From Candidatus Saccharimonadota bacterium (GTDB lineage Archaea > Nanobdellota > Nanobdellia > Pacearchaeales > GW2011-AR1), in NCBI GenBank assembly GCA_041659445.1, contig JBAZYG010000002.1:150001-182000 (forward strand): 32,000 nt of DNA, in the 5' to 3' direction. Made by a program: the position numbers and the translations under genes. Positions 7,549 through 15,307 of the stretch are shown here, in pieces. The notes under the pieces were generated by a model that worked only from the letters and a program-made list of their open reading frames with translations, was not told the DNA's origin and made no database searches. Position 1 is the first letter of the stretch. Every line of letters begins with the position of its first letter.

Positions 7549-8823
7549 ATGACATACGTCCATTACGACAATTTTATCAATTTAAAATATAAACCGACGG
7601 AAAATGACTTAGTTTGCCAATTTAAGGTAACTCCTTCTAAAGGTTATACTTTTGAGCAGGCTTGTTCAATCACTGCAGGAGAAAGTTCTGTTGGAACATG
7701 GACTGACTTGACAACCATCAACGAAAAAACGCAAAAAAAAATTACTCCTAAAGTTTATTATCTAGATAAAAAAAATTTACGATGTCGAATTGCATATCCT
7801 GTTCAATTATTTGAAAAATCAAATGTTTCAAATATTATGTCTTCTATCGGAGGAAATATTTATGGTATGAAATGTGTCAACGGAATTTTATGGGAAGATG
7901 TTTTACTTCCAAAAAAAATTTTAGATTGTTATGAAGGACCTCAATTTGGAATTTCAGGAGTGAGAAAATATTTAAAAGTTTATGATAGACCTCTTGTTGG
8001 AACAATTGTAAAACCAAAAGTTGGATTAAATCCAAAAGAACATGCAAAAGTTGCTTATGATTCTTGGATTGGGGGGTGTGATATTGTTAAGGACGATGAA
8101 AATCTTGGAAGTCAGGAATTTAATAATTTTTATGAAAGAATTAAAGAAACTTTAAAATTATTAAAAAAAGCAGAAAAAGTTTCAGGAGAACGTAAAGTTT
8201 ATTTTGCAAATTGCACTGCGCCTGTTGATGAAATGGTAAAAAGAATTAAATTCGTCGAGCAAAATGGTGGAAATTATATTATGCTTGATGTTTTAACTTT
8301 AGGTTGGAGTGCATTACAAAAGGCAAGACAAGTTACAAAATTACCAATACATGCTCATCGGGCAAGTCATGCAATGTTCGATAGAATTGCAGATCATGGA
8401 ATGAAAATGGAAGTAATTGCACAATTTTTAAGAATGATTGGAGTTGATAGCTTGCATATTGGAACAGCTTATGGAAAAATGACTGGTTCAAAAGACGAAG
8501 TTTTACATATTGAAAAAGAAATTGAACAACAATCAACAAAAAAAACACATGAGAACTTAAGTCAAAATTGGTTTCATCTTAAGCCTGTTTTTGCTGTTGC
8601 TTCTGGAGGAGTTTATCCTGGAATTGTTCCAAAAATTATTGAATTCATGGGAAAAGATGTTGTAATTCAAGCAGGTGGAGGAATTCACGGGCATCCAAAA
8701 GGAACTATTGCTGGAGCAAAAGCAATGCGTCAAGCAGTTGATGCTTCAATGAAAAAAATTTCTTTAAAAGAATATTCAAAAACTCATGAAGAATTGAAAC
8801 TGGCTTTAGACAAATGGGGTTAA
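7549..8823 (+). CDS. rbcL: ribulose-1,5-bisphosphate carboxylase/oxygenase large subunit, form III-type (bona fide, not RLP)
   Basis: Catalytic motifs are intact: AGESSVGTWT, GGNIYGM, GTIVKPKVGL, GGCDIVKDDE (carbamylated Lys + Asp/Glu), IHAHRASH, LHIGTAYGKM, ASGGVYPG, QAGGGIHGHP. No small-subunit gene is nearby. Confidence 0.95.
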   Translation: MTYVHYDNFINLKYKPTENDLVCQFKVTPSKGYTFEQACSITAGESSVGTWTDLTTINEKTQKKITPKVYYLDKKNLRCRIAYPVQLFEKSNVSNIMSSIGGNIYGMKCVNGILWEDVLLPKKILDCYEGPQFGISGVRKYLKVYDRPLVGTIVKPKVGLNPKEHAKVAYDSWIGGCDIVKDDENLGSQEFNNFYERIKETLKLLKKAEKVSGERKVYFANCTAPVDEMVKRIKFVEQNGGNYIMLDVLTLGWSALQKARQVTKLPIHAHRASHAMFDRIADHGMKMEVIAQFLRMIGVDSLHIGTAYGKMTGSKDEVLHIEKEIEQQSTKKTHENLSQNWFHLKPVFAVASGGVYPGIVPKIIEFMGKDVVIQAGGGIHGHPKGTIAGAKAMRQAVDASMKKISLKEYSKTHEELKLALDKWG

Positions 8824-8824
8824 A

Positions 8825-9265
8825 ATGAAAAAATATCGTAAAGGAGTTTTTATTGTTGTTTATTTCTTAGAAAATAAAATTCCAAAATATTTGATATTAA
8901 AAAGAAAACTTCATTGGAAAGGTTATGAATTTCCAAAAGGTGGAGTCAAATTTCTTGAAACAAAAAAACATGCTGTTAAAAGAGAATTATATGAAGAAAC
9001 AGGTTTGAAATTTATTAATATAAAAAATCATAAATTAAAAGGAAAATATTCTTATGAAAAAGAGCTTACTGATAGAAGAGGAATTCACGGCCAAACTTTT
9101 GTTTTGTTTTCTGTTTGTGTTAAAAAAGGGAAAATAAGATTAGATAAAAATGAACATTCTGGTTTTGAATGGTTGAATTTTTCAAAATCATTAAAAAAAT
9201 TAACCTATTCTGATCAAAAAAAATGCCTAAAATTTGTAAATGATTGGATAAAAGAAAATACTTAA
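8825..9265 (+). CDS. Nudix hydrolase
   Basis: Perfect Nudix box GGVKFLETKKHAVKRELYEETGL (Gx5Ex7REUxEExGU). The YEFPKGG context resembles Ap4A-hydrolase/NUDT2-like members. The start codon lies 1 nt after the RuBisCO stop. Confidence 0.85.
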   Translation: MKKYRKGVFIVVYFLENKIPKYLILKRKLHWKGYEFPKGGVKFLETKKHAVKRELYEETGLKFINIKNHKLKGKYSYEKELTDRRGIHGQTFVLFSVCVKKGKIRLDKNEHSGFEWLNFSKSLKKLTYSDQKKCLKFVNDWIKENT

Positions 9266-9287
9266 ACTCTTATTTCTTTTTAAAATT

Positions 9288-9677
9288 ATGAACTTCAGAA
9301 ATTTCAAGTCATCATCTGGAAAAGAATTTATTCTTGGAAAAGATGAATCTTCAAACGATGAATTAGTTAAAAATTTTGAAAGGAAATTAAATTTAATTTT
9401 GCACACATCTAAACCTGGAAGCCCTTTTTGTGTAATTAATGAAAATCCAAAAGAAGTTTCAAAAAAAGACATAAAAGAAGCAGGAGTTATTTGTGCATCA
9501 AAGAGTCAAGATTGGAGAGATAACAAGAAAGATGTTAAAATCCATATTTTTACTGGAAAAGATGTTTACAAAGATAAATTCATGAAATCTGGAACTTGGG
9601 GAATTAGAAAAAAACCAAAAGAATTAATAATAAAGAAAAAGGATATTGAACAATGGTTATTAGAGAATTCCAATTAG
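9288..9677 (+). CDS. stand-alone NFACT-R (DUF814) domain protein
   Basis: SSSGKEFILGKDESSNDELVKNF...LILHTSKPGSPFCVI...EAGVICASKSQ...KIHIFTGKDVYK matches the DUF814 pattern (SSGG..I.VGRN..QND.LT...D.W.H....PGSHV.I...AA...A.YS.A...V.V.YT....V.K). Confidence 0.65.
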   Translation: MNFRNFKSSSGKEFILGKDESSNDELVKNFERKLNLILHTSKPGSPFCVINENPKEVSKKDIKEAGVICASKSQDWRDNKKDVKIHIFTGKDVYKDKFMKSGTWGIRKKPKELIIKKKDIEQWLLENSN

Positions 9678-9898
9678 GAAAGAATGGTTTAACAGAAAAC
9701 TTTTTAGAAAATCTTAGAAATTCTTTTAAGAAATCAAAATCTGTGAAAATTTCTGTTTTAAGATCTTGTTGTAGGGACAAAAAAGAACTTAAAGAAATTT
9801 CAGAAAAAATAGTTGATAGCCTTGGAAAAAATTATACATTCAAGACAATTGGTTATACTATTAACTTAAAGAAGTGGCGAAAAGACGTCAGGGAATAA
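9653..9898 (+). CDS. CRS1/YhbY (CRM domain) RNA-binding protein
   Basis: FQLGKNGLTENFLENLRNSFKKSKSVKISVL...KELKEISEKI matches the YhbY pattern. It overlaps the upstream gene by 25 nt. Confidence 0.65.
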   Translation: MVIREFQLGKNGLTENFLENLRNSFKKSKSVKISVLRSCCRDKKELKEISEKIVDSLGKNYTFKTIGYTINLKKWRKDVRE

Positions 9899-9948
9899 TT
9901 GTTTTTTAAAATAATAAAGTTTTTAAAATTCTTTTTTGTAGAAATTGT

Positions 9949-10248
9949 ATGTCAAATAAGAAATCAATTGAAGAAATAATGAAAAAAATTTATATTGGAA
10001 TTAATGATATTCATGGAAAAAGAATTTTAAATGGAGATAATGTTCATGTTAAATTTATTAATTATATGGGAACTAATGAACAATATGTTGATGAAGAATT
10101 TGATGGAGTAATAGAATATTATCCTTTTAATAGCGTATTCTATATTGTGAGACCAGGAAAATTGGCTAAAGATGCTCATACAGAAGATGAATGGGAAAAA
10201 TATATGATAAATCATAGAAGTATGACTTTAGAAAAAATAAATAATTAA
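9949..10248 (+). CDS. hypothetical protein (99 aa), weak YopX-like pattern
   Basis: INDIHGKRILNGDNVHV...FDGVIEY loosely resembles the phage YopX motif D.nGk.IyeGDiv. Unverified. Confidence 0.4.
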   Translation: MSNKKSIEEIMKKIYIGINDIHGKRILNGDNVHVKFINYMGTNEQYVDEEFDGVIEYYPFNSVFYIVRPGKLAKDAHTEDEWEKYMINHRSMTLEKINN

Positions 10249-10302
10249 AAAGTTCTTTTCTGGAATATATATCTTTATAAATAATAAAATTTAAGTGTTT
10301 TT

Positions 10303-10644
10303 ATGAATGGTAAATCTTTAGAGGAAAAAGGTTATAAATTAATTATTGAAGATTCTGAACTAGAAATTAGAAGTGACCCAAAAGAACAGCAAGGATATGT
10401 TTTGTTTTTTAAAAGAATTTTAAATAGTGCGTTGTATCTTCCAAGAGGAACTTTAGAAGAAATAGCAAGAGCAGATAGAAACAGGGGTAACCAAATAATT
10501 GAAGGATTACAACCTTTGTTAGAAGATTTCTTTGTTAAATCTAAATTAACTTATGATTCAATAAATGCTATTATAACAAAAGCTTATTTAAAAGAGCAAG
10601 AAAATTATCAAAATTGGTTAAGAAAGGAAAAAACTAAAGATTAA
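10303..10644 (+). CDS. hypothetical protein (113 aa)
   Basis: ORF track entry. A ctttataaa box lies about 20 nt upstream. No recognisable motif. Confidence 0.45.
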   Translation: MNGKSLEEKGYKLIIEDSELEIRSDPKEQQGYVLFFKRILNSALYLPRGTLEEIARADRNRGNQIIEGLQPLLEDFFVKSKLTYDSINAIITKAYLKEQENYQNWLRKEKTKD

Positions 10645-10967
10645 TTAGTATTTCTTGTTATTGTAATAGGATAATAAAATCCATAAAAGTAAAAGGATTT
10701 TGTAATTTCTTTAACATTTTCAGAGGAATTATTTAATTCTTCAATTAGTTCTTCTCCAAGTTTTTTTTGTAATCCTATGAATAACTTCAAACCCTTTTCA
10801 GCTTGTTCAAATTTTTCATGTGGACCAAATTCTTTGTAATATAAAAAATTTAAATGGGGATTACATTCTTTTGGCATTGTGCTATGAAAAAGCAATTCAA
10901 CTGCAAATTGATATTCTCTTGGATTTTTCATATCTAATAATTCCGTCTGATAGAATTGTTTAGACAT
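10641..10967 (-). CDS. hypothetical protein (108 aa)
   Basis: ORF track entry. It converges on the previous gene with a 4-nt overlap. The palindromic TATA at 10989-10996 sits about 22 nt upstream of its ATG. Confidence 0.45.
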   Translation of the reverse strand: MSKQFYQTELLDMKNPREYQFAVELLFHSTMPKECNPHLNFLYYKEFGPHEKFEQAEKGLKLFIGLQKKLGEELIEELNNSSENVKEITKSFYFYGFYYPITITRNTN

Positions 10968-10988
10968 AAGAAAAATAATTTAACAAAC

Positions 10989-10996
10989 TTTATAAA
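10989..10996. promoter_or_regulatory. Palindromic TATA box (tttataaa) between divergent genes (10967 minus / eS19 operon plus)
   Basis: The position fits a leaderless start for the minus-strand gene. For the eS19 operon it implies a ~30-45-nt leader. Confidence 0.45.
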
Positions 10997-11052
10997 CCCT
11001 TTTTTCTCATTAGTTTTAGTAAATCGCACAAGCGATTCTAATTCCGAAAGGA

Positions 11053-11499
11053 ATGCTAACAAAAATGGAAAAATTCAATCCAGTATTTGAATTAAATGCG
11101 CAAGAATATAATTTAAAATTAGCAGAAGCTCTTAAAAAAATTCCTGAATTTAAACAACCTGAATGGTCAAAATTTGTTAAGTCTGGTTCTGCAAAAGAAA
11201 GACCAATTAACGACGATGATTTTTGGTATAAACGTTCTGCAAGTATTTTAAGGCAAATTTATAATAAAGGAATTTTGGGTGTTAGTAGATTAAGAACAAA
11301 ATATGGTTCTAAAAAAAATAGAGGTTCAAGGCCAGAACAATTCAGAAAAGCTTCTGGTAAAATTATTAGAACAATTCTACAACAATCTGACAAAGCCGGA
11401 TTTACTGAAATTGCAAAAGATATTCGAGGAGTTAAATCAAAAAGACCAGGGAGAAAATTAACTGAACAAGGAAAAAGATTTTTGGAGGAAATAAAATAA
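11053..11499 (+). CDS. rps19e: 30S ribosomal protein eS19
   Basis: PEWSKFVKSGSAKERPINDDDFWYKRSASILRQIY...GVSRLRTKYGSKKNRGSRPEQF is typical eS19. An alternative start is ATG 11065 (MEKF...). Confidence 0.9.
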   Translation: MLTKMEKFNPVFELNAQEYNLKLAEALKKIPEFKQPEWSKFVKSGSAKERPINDDDFWYKRSASILRQIYNKGILGVSRLRTKYGSKKNRGSRPEQFRKASGKIIRTILQQSDKAGFTEIAKDIRGVKSKRPGRKLTEQGKRFLEEIK

Positions 11500-11703
11500 A
11501 TGGGAATAAAAAATTTTGAAAAAAAGAAAAAGCTTGGAGTAAAAGCACGACAAACTAAGTGGGCTCCTGTTTGGATTATACTTAAGAAATATGGGGTTGG
11601 AAAAAGGGTTCATCCTTCACAAACAACACATCAAAGAAGATCTTGGAGAAGAACAAAACTTCATATTAAACCAAGAAAAATAAGAAAATCACATATGGGA
11701 TAA
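11500..11703 (+). CDS. rpl39e: 50S ribosomal protein eL39 (with a 12-aa basic C-terminal extension)
   Basis: KKKKLGVKARQTKWAPVWIILK...RRSWRRTKL is the eL39 core. The ATG follows the eS19 stop directly. Confidence 0.85.
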   Translation: MGIKNFEKKKKLGVKARQTKWAPVWIILKKYGVGKRVHPSQTTHQRRSWRRTKLHIKPRKIRKSHMG

Positions 11704-11704
11704 A

Positions 11705-12334
11705 ATGGCTAAAATGAAAAAAGAAGAAAATAAACAAACAGTTGAAAGAGAATATATTATTCCTCTTAGAGAAAAATGTCGACCTGTTCCAAGATACAAA
11801 AAAACACCAAAAGCAGTAAAGACAGTAAAAGAATTTTTAGTAAGACACATGAAAATTCGAGATAGAGACCTTAGAAAAATAAGAATTGATAGCGATTTGA
11901 ATGAAATTTTGTGGTTTAGAGGAATTAAAAACCCACCACATAAAATAAAAGTTAAAGCAATAAAAGATTCAAAGGAAGAAATTGTAAGAGTTTATGCAGT
12001 TGATGTTCCAAATAAGATTAAATTCAAGAGATTAAGAATGGAAAAAATTGAAAAACAAGCAAAAGAAATTTCTGAGAAAAAGAAATCCCTAATGCAAAAA
12101 GCAAAAGAATCAATGCAAAAACCAAAAGAAAAAGATAGTTCATCAGAAGATGTGAATGCAGACGGCGTTGAAGATAAAGTTGAAGAAAAAGAAAAAACAA
12201 AAGCAATAGAAGAAGCAACAGCAGAATTAGAAAAAGCAAAAGCAAAACAAACTCAACATACAACTAAAGCAAAATCACCAAAAGAAGCAAAGAATGCTCA
12301 AGTTGGTTATAATAAGTCTTCTAGAGGACATTAA
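11705..12334 (+). CDS. rpl31e: 50S ribosomal protein eL31 fused to a ~110-aa K/E-rich C-terminal tail
   Basis: EREYIIPLREKCRPVPRYKKTPKAVKTVKEFLVRHMK...DSDLNEILWFRGIKNPPHKIKVKA is the eL31 domain (about the first 95 aa). The remainder is low-complexity Lys/Glu/Ala. Confidence 0.85.
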   Translation: MAKMKKEENKQTVEREYIIPLREKCRPVPRYKKTPKAVKTVKEFLVRHMKIRDRDLRKIRIDSDLNEILWFRGIKNPPHKIKVKAIKDSKEEIVRVYAVDVPNKIKFKRLRMEKIEKQAKEISEKKKSLMQKAKESMQKPKEKDSSSEDVNADGVEDKVEEKEKTKAIEEATAELEKAKAKQTQHTTKAKSPKEAKNAQVGYNKSSRGH

Positions 12335-12337
12335 TTT

Positions 12338-12982
12338 TCACTTCAAAACTTTTCCAGTTTCTTTATACCATAAATACAAATCTAATTCTCCTAAAGATAA
12401 ATTTGAAGATTTTGAAATTTCCTTTAAAACATTTTCAATTTCAATATATTTTTTTGGTGTTAAAGATTTATTTTGGGGTTTTTCAATTAAATTATATTTC
12501 ACAAGCAAATCAATAATGTGAAAATCAATTATTGCTAGATTTTTATAACCAATATTTCTTAAAAAATGACTTGATTCTTTCATTCCCAATCCTTTTATAT
12601 TTTTTACAATCCATTCTCTTGTAAGAAATTCATCTTTAATTTCATATAGAATTTGTTTTAAATTCTCTTTATAACCTCTTGCTTGAATAATGTATTTTGC
12701 TCTTGTATTTGGAAATCGATGTCCTAATTCTTTTAATTTTTTTGATAATTCTTTTTCAGATGAATTTAAAAAATCGTTTTTTAATTGGTTTTGTATTTTA
12801 ATTCCTCCTGAAGCAGAAAAATTCGCAGTTAAAATGCAAAAGCACAATTCAGAAAACAATTCATGCGAATTTTTTCTCCCAAGTTCTTCAAATTCTTTAA
12901 TTCGTAAATCAATAATTTTTTTTATATTCGATTTTTTTAATTTTTCAATTTCGCTTATTATTTGTTTAATATTCTCTTTCAT
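12338..12982 (-). CDS. ogg: 8-oxoguanine DNA glycosylase/AP lyase, archaeal Ogg2 type (HhH-GPD)
   Basis: LFSELCFCILTANFSA, IKGLGMKESSHFLRNIGYKNLAIIDFH (helix-hairpin-helix with catalytic Lys and downstream Asp), and the length of ~210 aa. Confidence 0.75.
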   Translation of the reverse strand: MKENIKQIISEIEKLKKSNIKKIIDLRIKEFEELGRKNSHELFSELCFCILTANFSASGGIKIQNQLKNDFLNSSEKELSKKLKELGHRFPNTRAKYIIQARGYKENLKQILYEIKDEFLTREWIVKNIKGLGMKESSHFLRNIGYKNLAIIDFHIIDLLVKYNLIEKPQNKSLTPKKYIEIENVLKEISKSSNLSLGELDLYLWYKETGKVLK

Positions 12983-12983
12983 T

Positions 12984-13598
12984 TTAATTTATTTTCTTTA
13001 TTTTATCAAGTATTTCATTTTTTAATTTTTTTGAAGTATGAGTTTTTCCAAATTGAACTAAAATCCAATTCAAATCCTTGTGCTTGTTTTTTGGAAATAA
13101 TCTTTTAAGGGATTTTTCAATTTCGTTTTGTTTTTTTGAATTTGCCCAGTCTAAATAATTTGAAATATACGTAACATGTGTATCAACACCAATGTTTTGT
13201 TTTCCTTTTTCTGCTAAAAAAACATTTGCGGTTTTTCTTCCAACACCAGGAAGTTTTGTAAGCTCTTCAAATTTTTCAGGTACTTTTCCAGAATATTCAT
13301 TTAATATTTTTTTTGTGCACAAAAAAATGTTTTTTGATTTGTTATTAAAAAAATTAACAGAGTAAATTAATTTTTTTATTGAATATAAACTCAATTTTGA
13401 GAATTTCTCAGGATTTGGATATTTTGAAAATATTTTTTTACAAACTTTTATTGTTGTTTCATCTCTTGTTCTTGCAGAGAGAATTATTGCAATTAAAGTT
13501 TGCCAGTCATTATCCCAACCATCTGCAGCTAATCTCATTTTCTTTCCAAGTATCTCAAGTTCTTTCAATTGTTTTAATGCTTTTTTTGAAGAAATCAT
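12984..13598 (-). CDS. nth: endonuclease III-like DNA glycosylase (HhH-GPD) lacking the C-terminal 4Fe-4S Cys motif
   Basis: LIAIILSARTRDE, LTKLPGVGRKTANVFL (catalytic Lys) and GVDTHV (Asp). The protein ends ...FGKTHTSKKLKNEILDKIKKIN with no Cys-X6-C-X2-C-X5-C motif. Confidence 0.8.
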   Translation of the reverse strand: MISSKKALKQLKELEILGKKMRLAADGWDNDWQTLIAIILSARTRDETTIKVCKKIFSKYPNPEKFSKLSLYSIKKLIYSVNFFNNKSKNIFLCTKKILNEYSGKVPEKFEELTKLPGVGRKTANVFLAEKGKQNIGVDTHVTYISNYLDWANSKKQNEIEKSLKRLFPKNKHKDLNWILVQFGKTHTSKKLKNEILDKIKKIN

Positions 13599-13658
13599 AA
13601 AGTAACTAAATAAATTAAATATTAAAATGTTTTTATACTCTATTTTCTAATAATTTTA

Positions 13659-14360
13659 ATGTTAAATGAATTAATTTCTGAAATTAAATCTCATGAAAAT
13701 CCAGAAAAAGCAAAAATTTTTCAGAGATTTTTTAAAACAGGAAAAGGAGAATATGGTGAAGGAGATGTGTTCATAGGTCTCACAGTTCCAATTTCAAGAA
13801 GCATTGCTAAAAAATATTCTAACTTAAATCTTTCAAAAATTCAAGAACTTTTAAAAAATAAAATTCATGAATACAGATTAATTGGGCTTTTAATTCTTAA
13901 TTATAAATTTGAAAAAGCAGATGAAAAAAATAAAGAAGAAATCTTTAATTTTTATTTGAAAAATACAAAATATATTAATAATTGGGATTTAGTTGATTTA
14001 ACAGCAAGCAGAATTGTTGGAAGATTTCTTTTTGAAAAAGATAAAAAAACATTATACAAATTAGTTCATTCTGAAAATCTTTGGGAAAAAAGAATTTCAA
14101 TAATTTCTACACTTTATTTTATTAGTAAGAATGAATTTCAAGAAGCATTAGCAATTTCAGAACTTTTGCTTAAAGACAAACACGATTTAATTCACAAGGC
14201 TGTAGGTTGGATGTTAAGAGAAATTGGAAAAAGAAATAAAGAAGTTTTAGTAAAATTTTTAAATCAGCATTACAATCAAATTCCTAGAACAACTTTAAGA
14301 TACTCTATTGAAAAATTTCCAGAAGTTGAAAGAAAAAAATGGTTAAAAGGGAAATTTTAA
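13659..14360 (+). CDS. DNA alkylation repair protein (AlkD/AlkC-like HEAT-repeat glycosylase family)
   Basis: NPEKAKIFQRFFKTGKGEYGEGDVFIGLTVP, NNWDLVD, LWEKRISIIST, HDLIHKAVGWMLREIGK and PRTTLRYSIEKF match the family pattern along the full length. Confidence 0.8.
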   Translation: MLNELISEIKSHENPEKAKIFQRFFKTGKGEYGEGDVFIGLTVPISRSIAKKYSNLNLSKIQELLKNKIHEYRLIGLLILNYKFEKADEKNKEEIFNFYLKNTKYINNWDLVDLTASRIVGRFLFEKDKKTLYKLVHSENLWEKRISIISTLYFISKNEFQEALAISELLLKDKHDLIHKAVGWMLREIGKRNKEVLVKFLNQHYNQIPRTTLRYSIEKFPEVERKKWLKGKF

Positions 14361-15217
14361 AGTCTTCTTTTTTTGAGAAATCCTCCACTAACTTCATTTA
14401 AACTTTCTTCGACAATAAAAACATCAGGGTCTATTTTTTTTACTTCTCTTGTTACTCTTAAAATTTCTAATCTTGTGACAACTGTAAAAATTATCTCCTT
14501 TTCTTTTAAATGCTGATATCCGCCTTTTCCTTTATAAATTGTTACACCTTTCTTTAATTTTGTAACGAGCATGCTCTTAATTTCCTTACTTTTGTTAGAA
14601 ACAATTGTTAATCCAATATACTCTTCTATTCCATTTACAATAAAATCAACAGTTTTTGAGGCAACTAAATAAATCAATATTGAATAAAGTGCGGGTTCTA
14701 TTCCTAAAAAAATTGCAGCAACTGAAAAAATTATTACATTCACAAAAAACAAAACTGTTCCCATACTTGTTTTAATTCGTTTGCTTAAATATAAAGAAAA
14801 AATTTCAGTACCGTCAATAACACAACCCCCTCTAACTGCAAGTCCTATACCCAAACCTAAGAAAAATCCGCCAAAAACAGAAACAAGAAGTTTATCAAGA
14901 GTTACTATAGGATATTCTATAAACGCTAAGCACAAAGATAATCCCACTATCGCCAAAAAAGTTTTTATTGCAAAATTTTTTCCAATTTGTTTGAAACCCA
15001 AAATAATAAATGGGATGTTTATCACAAAAATTAATAAAGAAATAGATAATATTGTTAAATGTGAAATTAAAAGTGAAATTCCTGTAACTCCTCCGTCTAT
15101 AAAACCACTTGGAATCAAGAAACTTTTTAATCCAAATCCTGCAGAGAAAATTCCCAATAAAATAAAAATTAAGTCTTTAAAATGATTAAAAAATAAACCA
15201 GCCCACCCCTTTTTCAT
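14357..15217 (-). CDS. YitT-family membrane protein (DUF161 repeats + C-terminal DUF2179)
   Basis: Multiple TM segments with the GFIDGGVTGISLL motif. The C-terminal soluble domain reads VTIYKGKGGY...IIFTVVTRLEILRVTREVKKIDPDVFIVEE. Confidence 0.75.
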   Translation of the reverse strand: MKKGWAGLFFNHFKDLIFILLGIFSAGFGLKSFLIPSGFIDGGVTGISLLISHLTILSISLLIFVINIPFIILGFKQIGKNFAIKTFLAIVGLSLCLAFIEYPIVTLDKLLVSVFGGFFLGLGIGLAVRGGCVIDGTEIFSLYLSKRIKTSMGTVLFFVNVIIFSVAAIFLGIEPALYSILIYLVASKTVDFIVNGIEEYIGLTIVSNKSKEIKSMLVTKLKKGVTIYKGKGGYQHLKEKEIIFTVVTRLEILRVTREVKKIDPDVFIVEESLNEVSGGFLKKRRL

Positions 15218-15307
15218 ACAACTTTAAAGATTAATTAATTTTAAATTTATCTATTTTATTCATTTGAATAAAACAATTCTTAAAAACTCTTATTTTGTTT
15301 ATAACTT

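Noticed and set aside
8333-8548. 71-aa minus-strand ORF
   Set aside because: It is antisense inside RuBisCO and has no motifs.
7549-8823. Possibility that the RuBisCO homologue is a RuBisCO-like protein (form IV)
   Set aside because: All catalytic and substrate-binding motifs I can check are present (KPK, KDDE, HxHRA, GK, SGG, GGG), and RLPs lack several of these.
9227-9472. 81-aa minus-strand ORF
   Set aside because: It is antisense to the Nudix 3' end and the NFACT-R gene, both of which have clear domain motifs.
12024-13600. ORFs 12024-12263(-), 12294-12521(+), 12690-13025(+) and 13379-13600(+)
   Set aside because: All are antisense to eL31, ogg2 or nth. They are poly-Leu/Phe low-complexity translations.
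14781-15185. 134-aa plus-strand ORF
   Set aside because: It is antisense within the YitT membrane protein gene. The minus-strand frame gives coherent TM helices and the DUF2179 motif.
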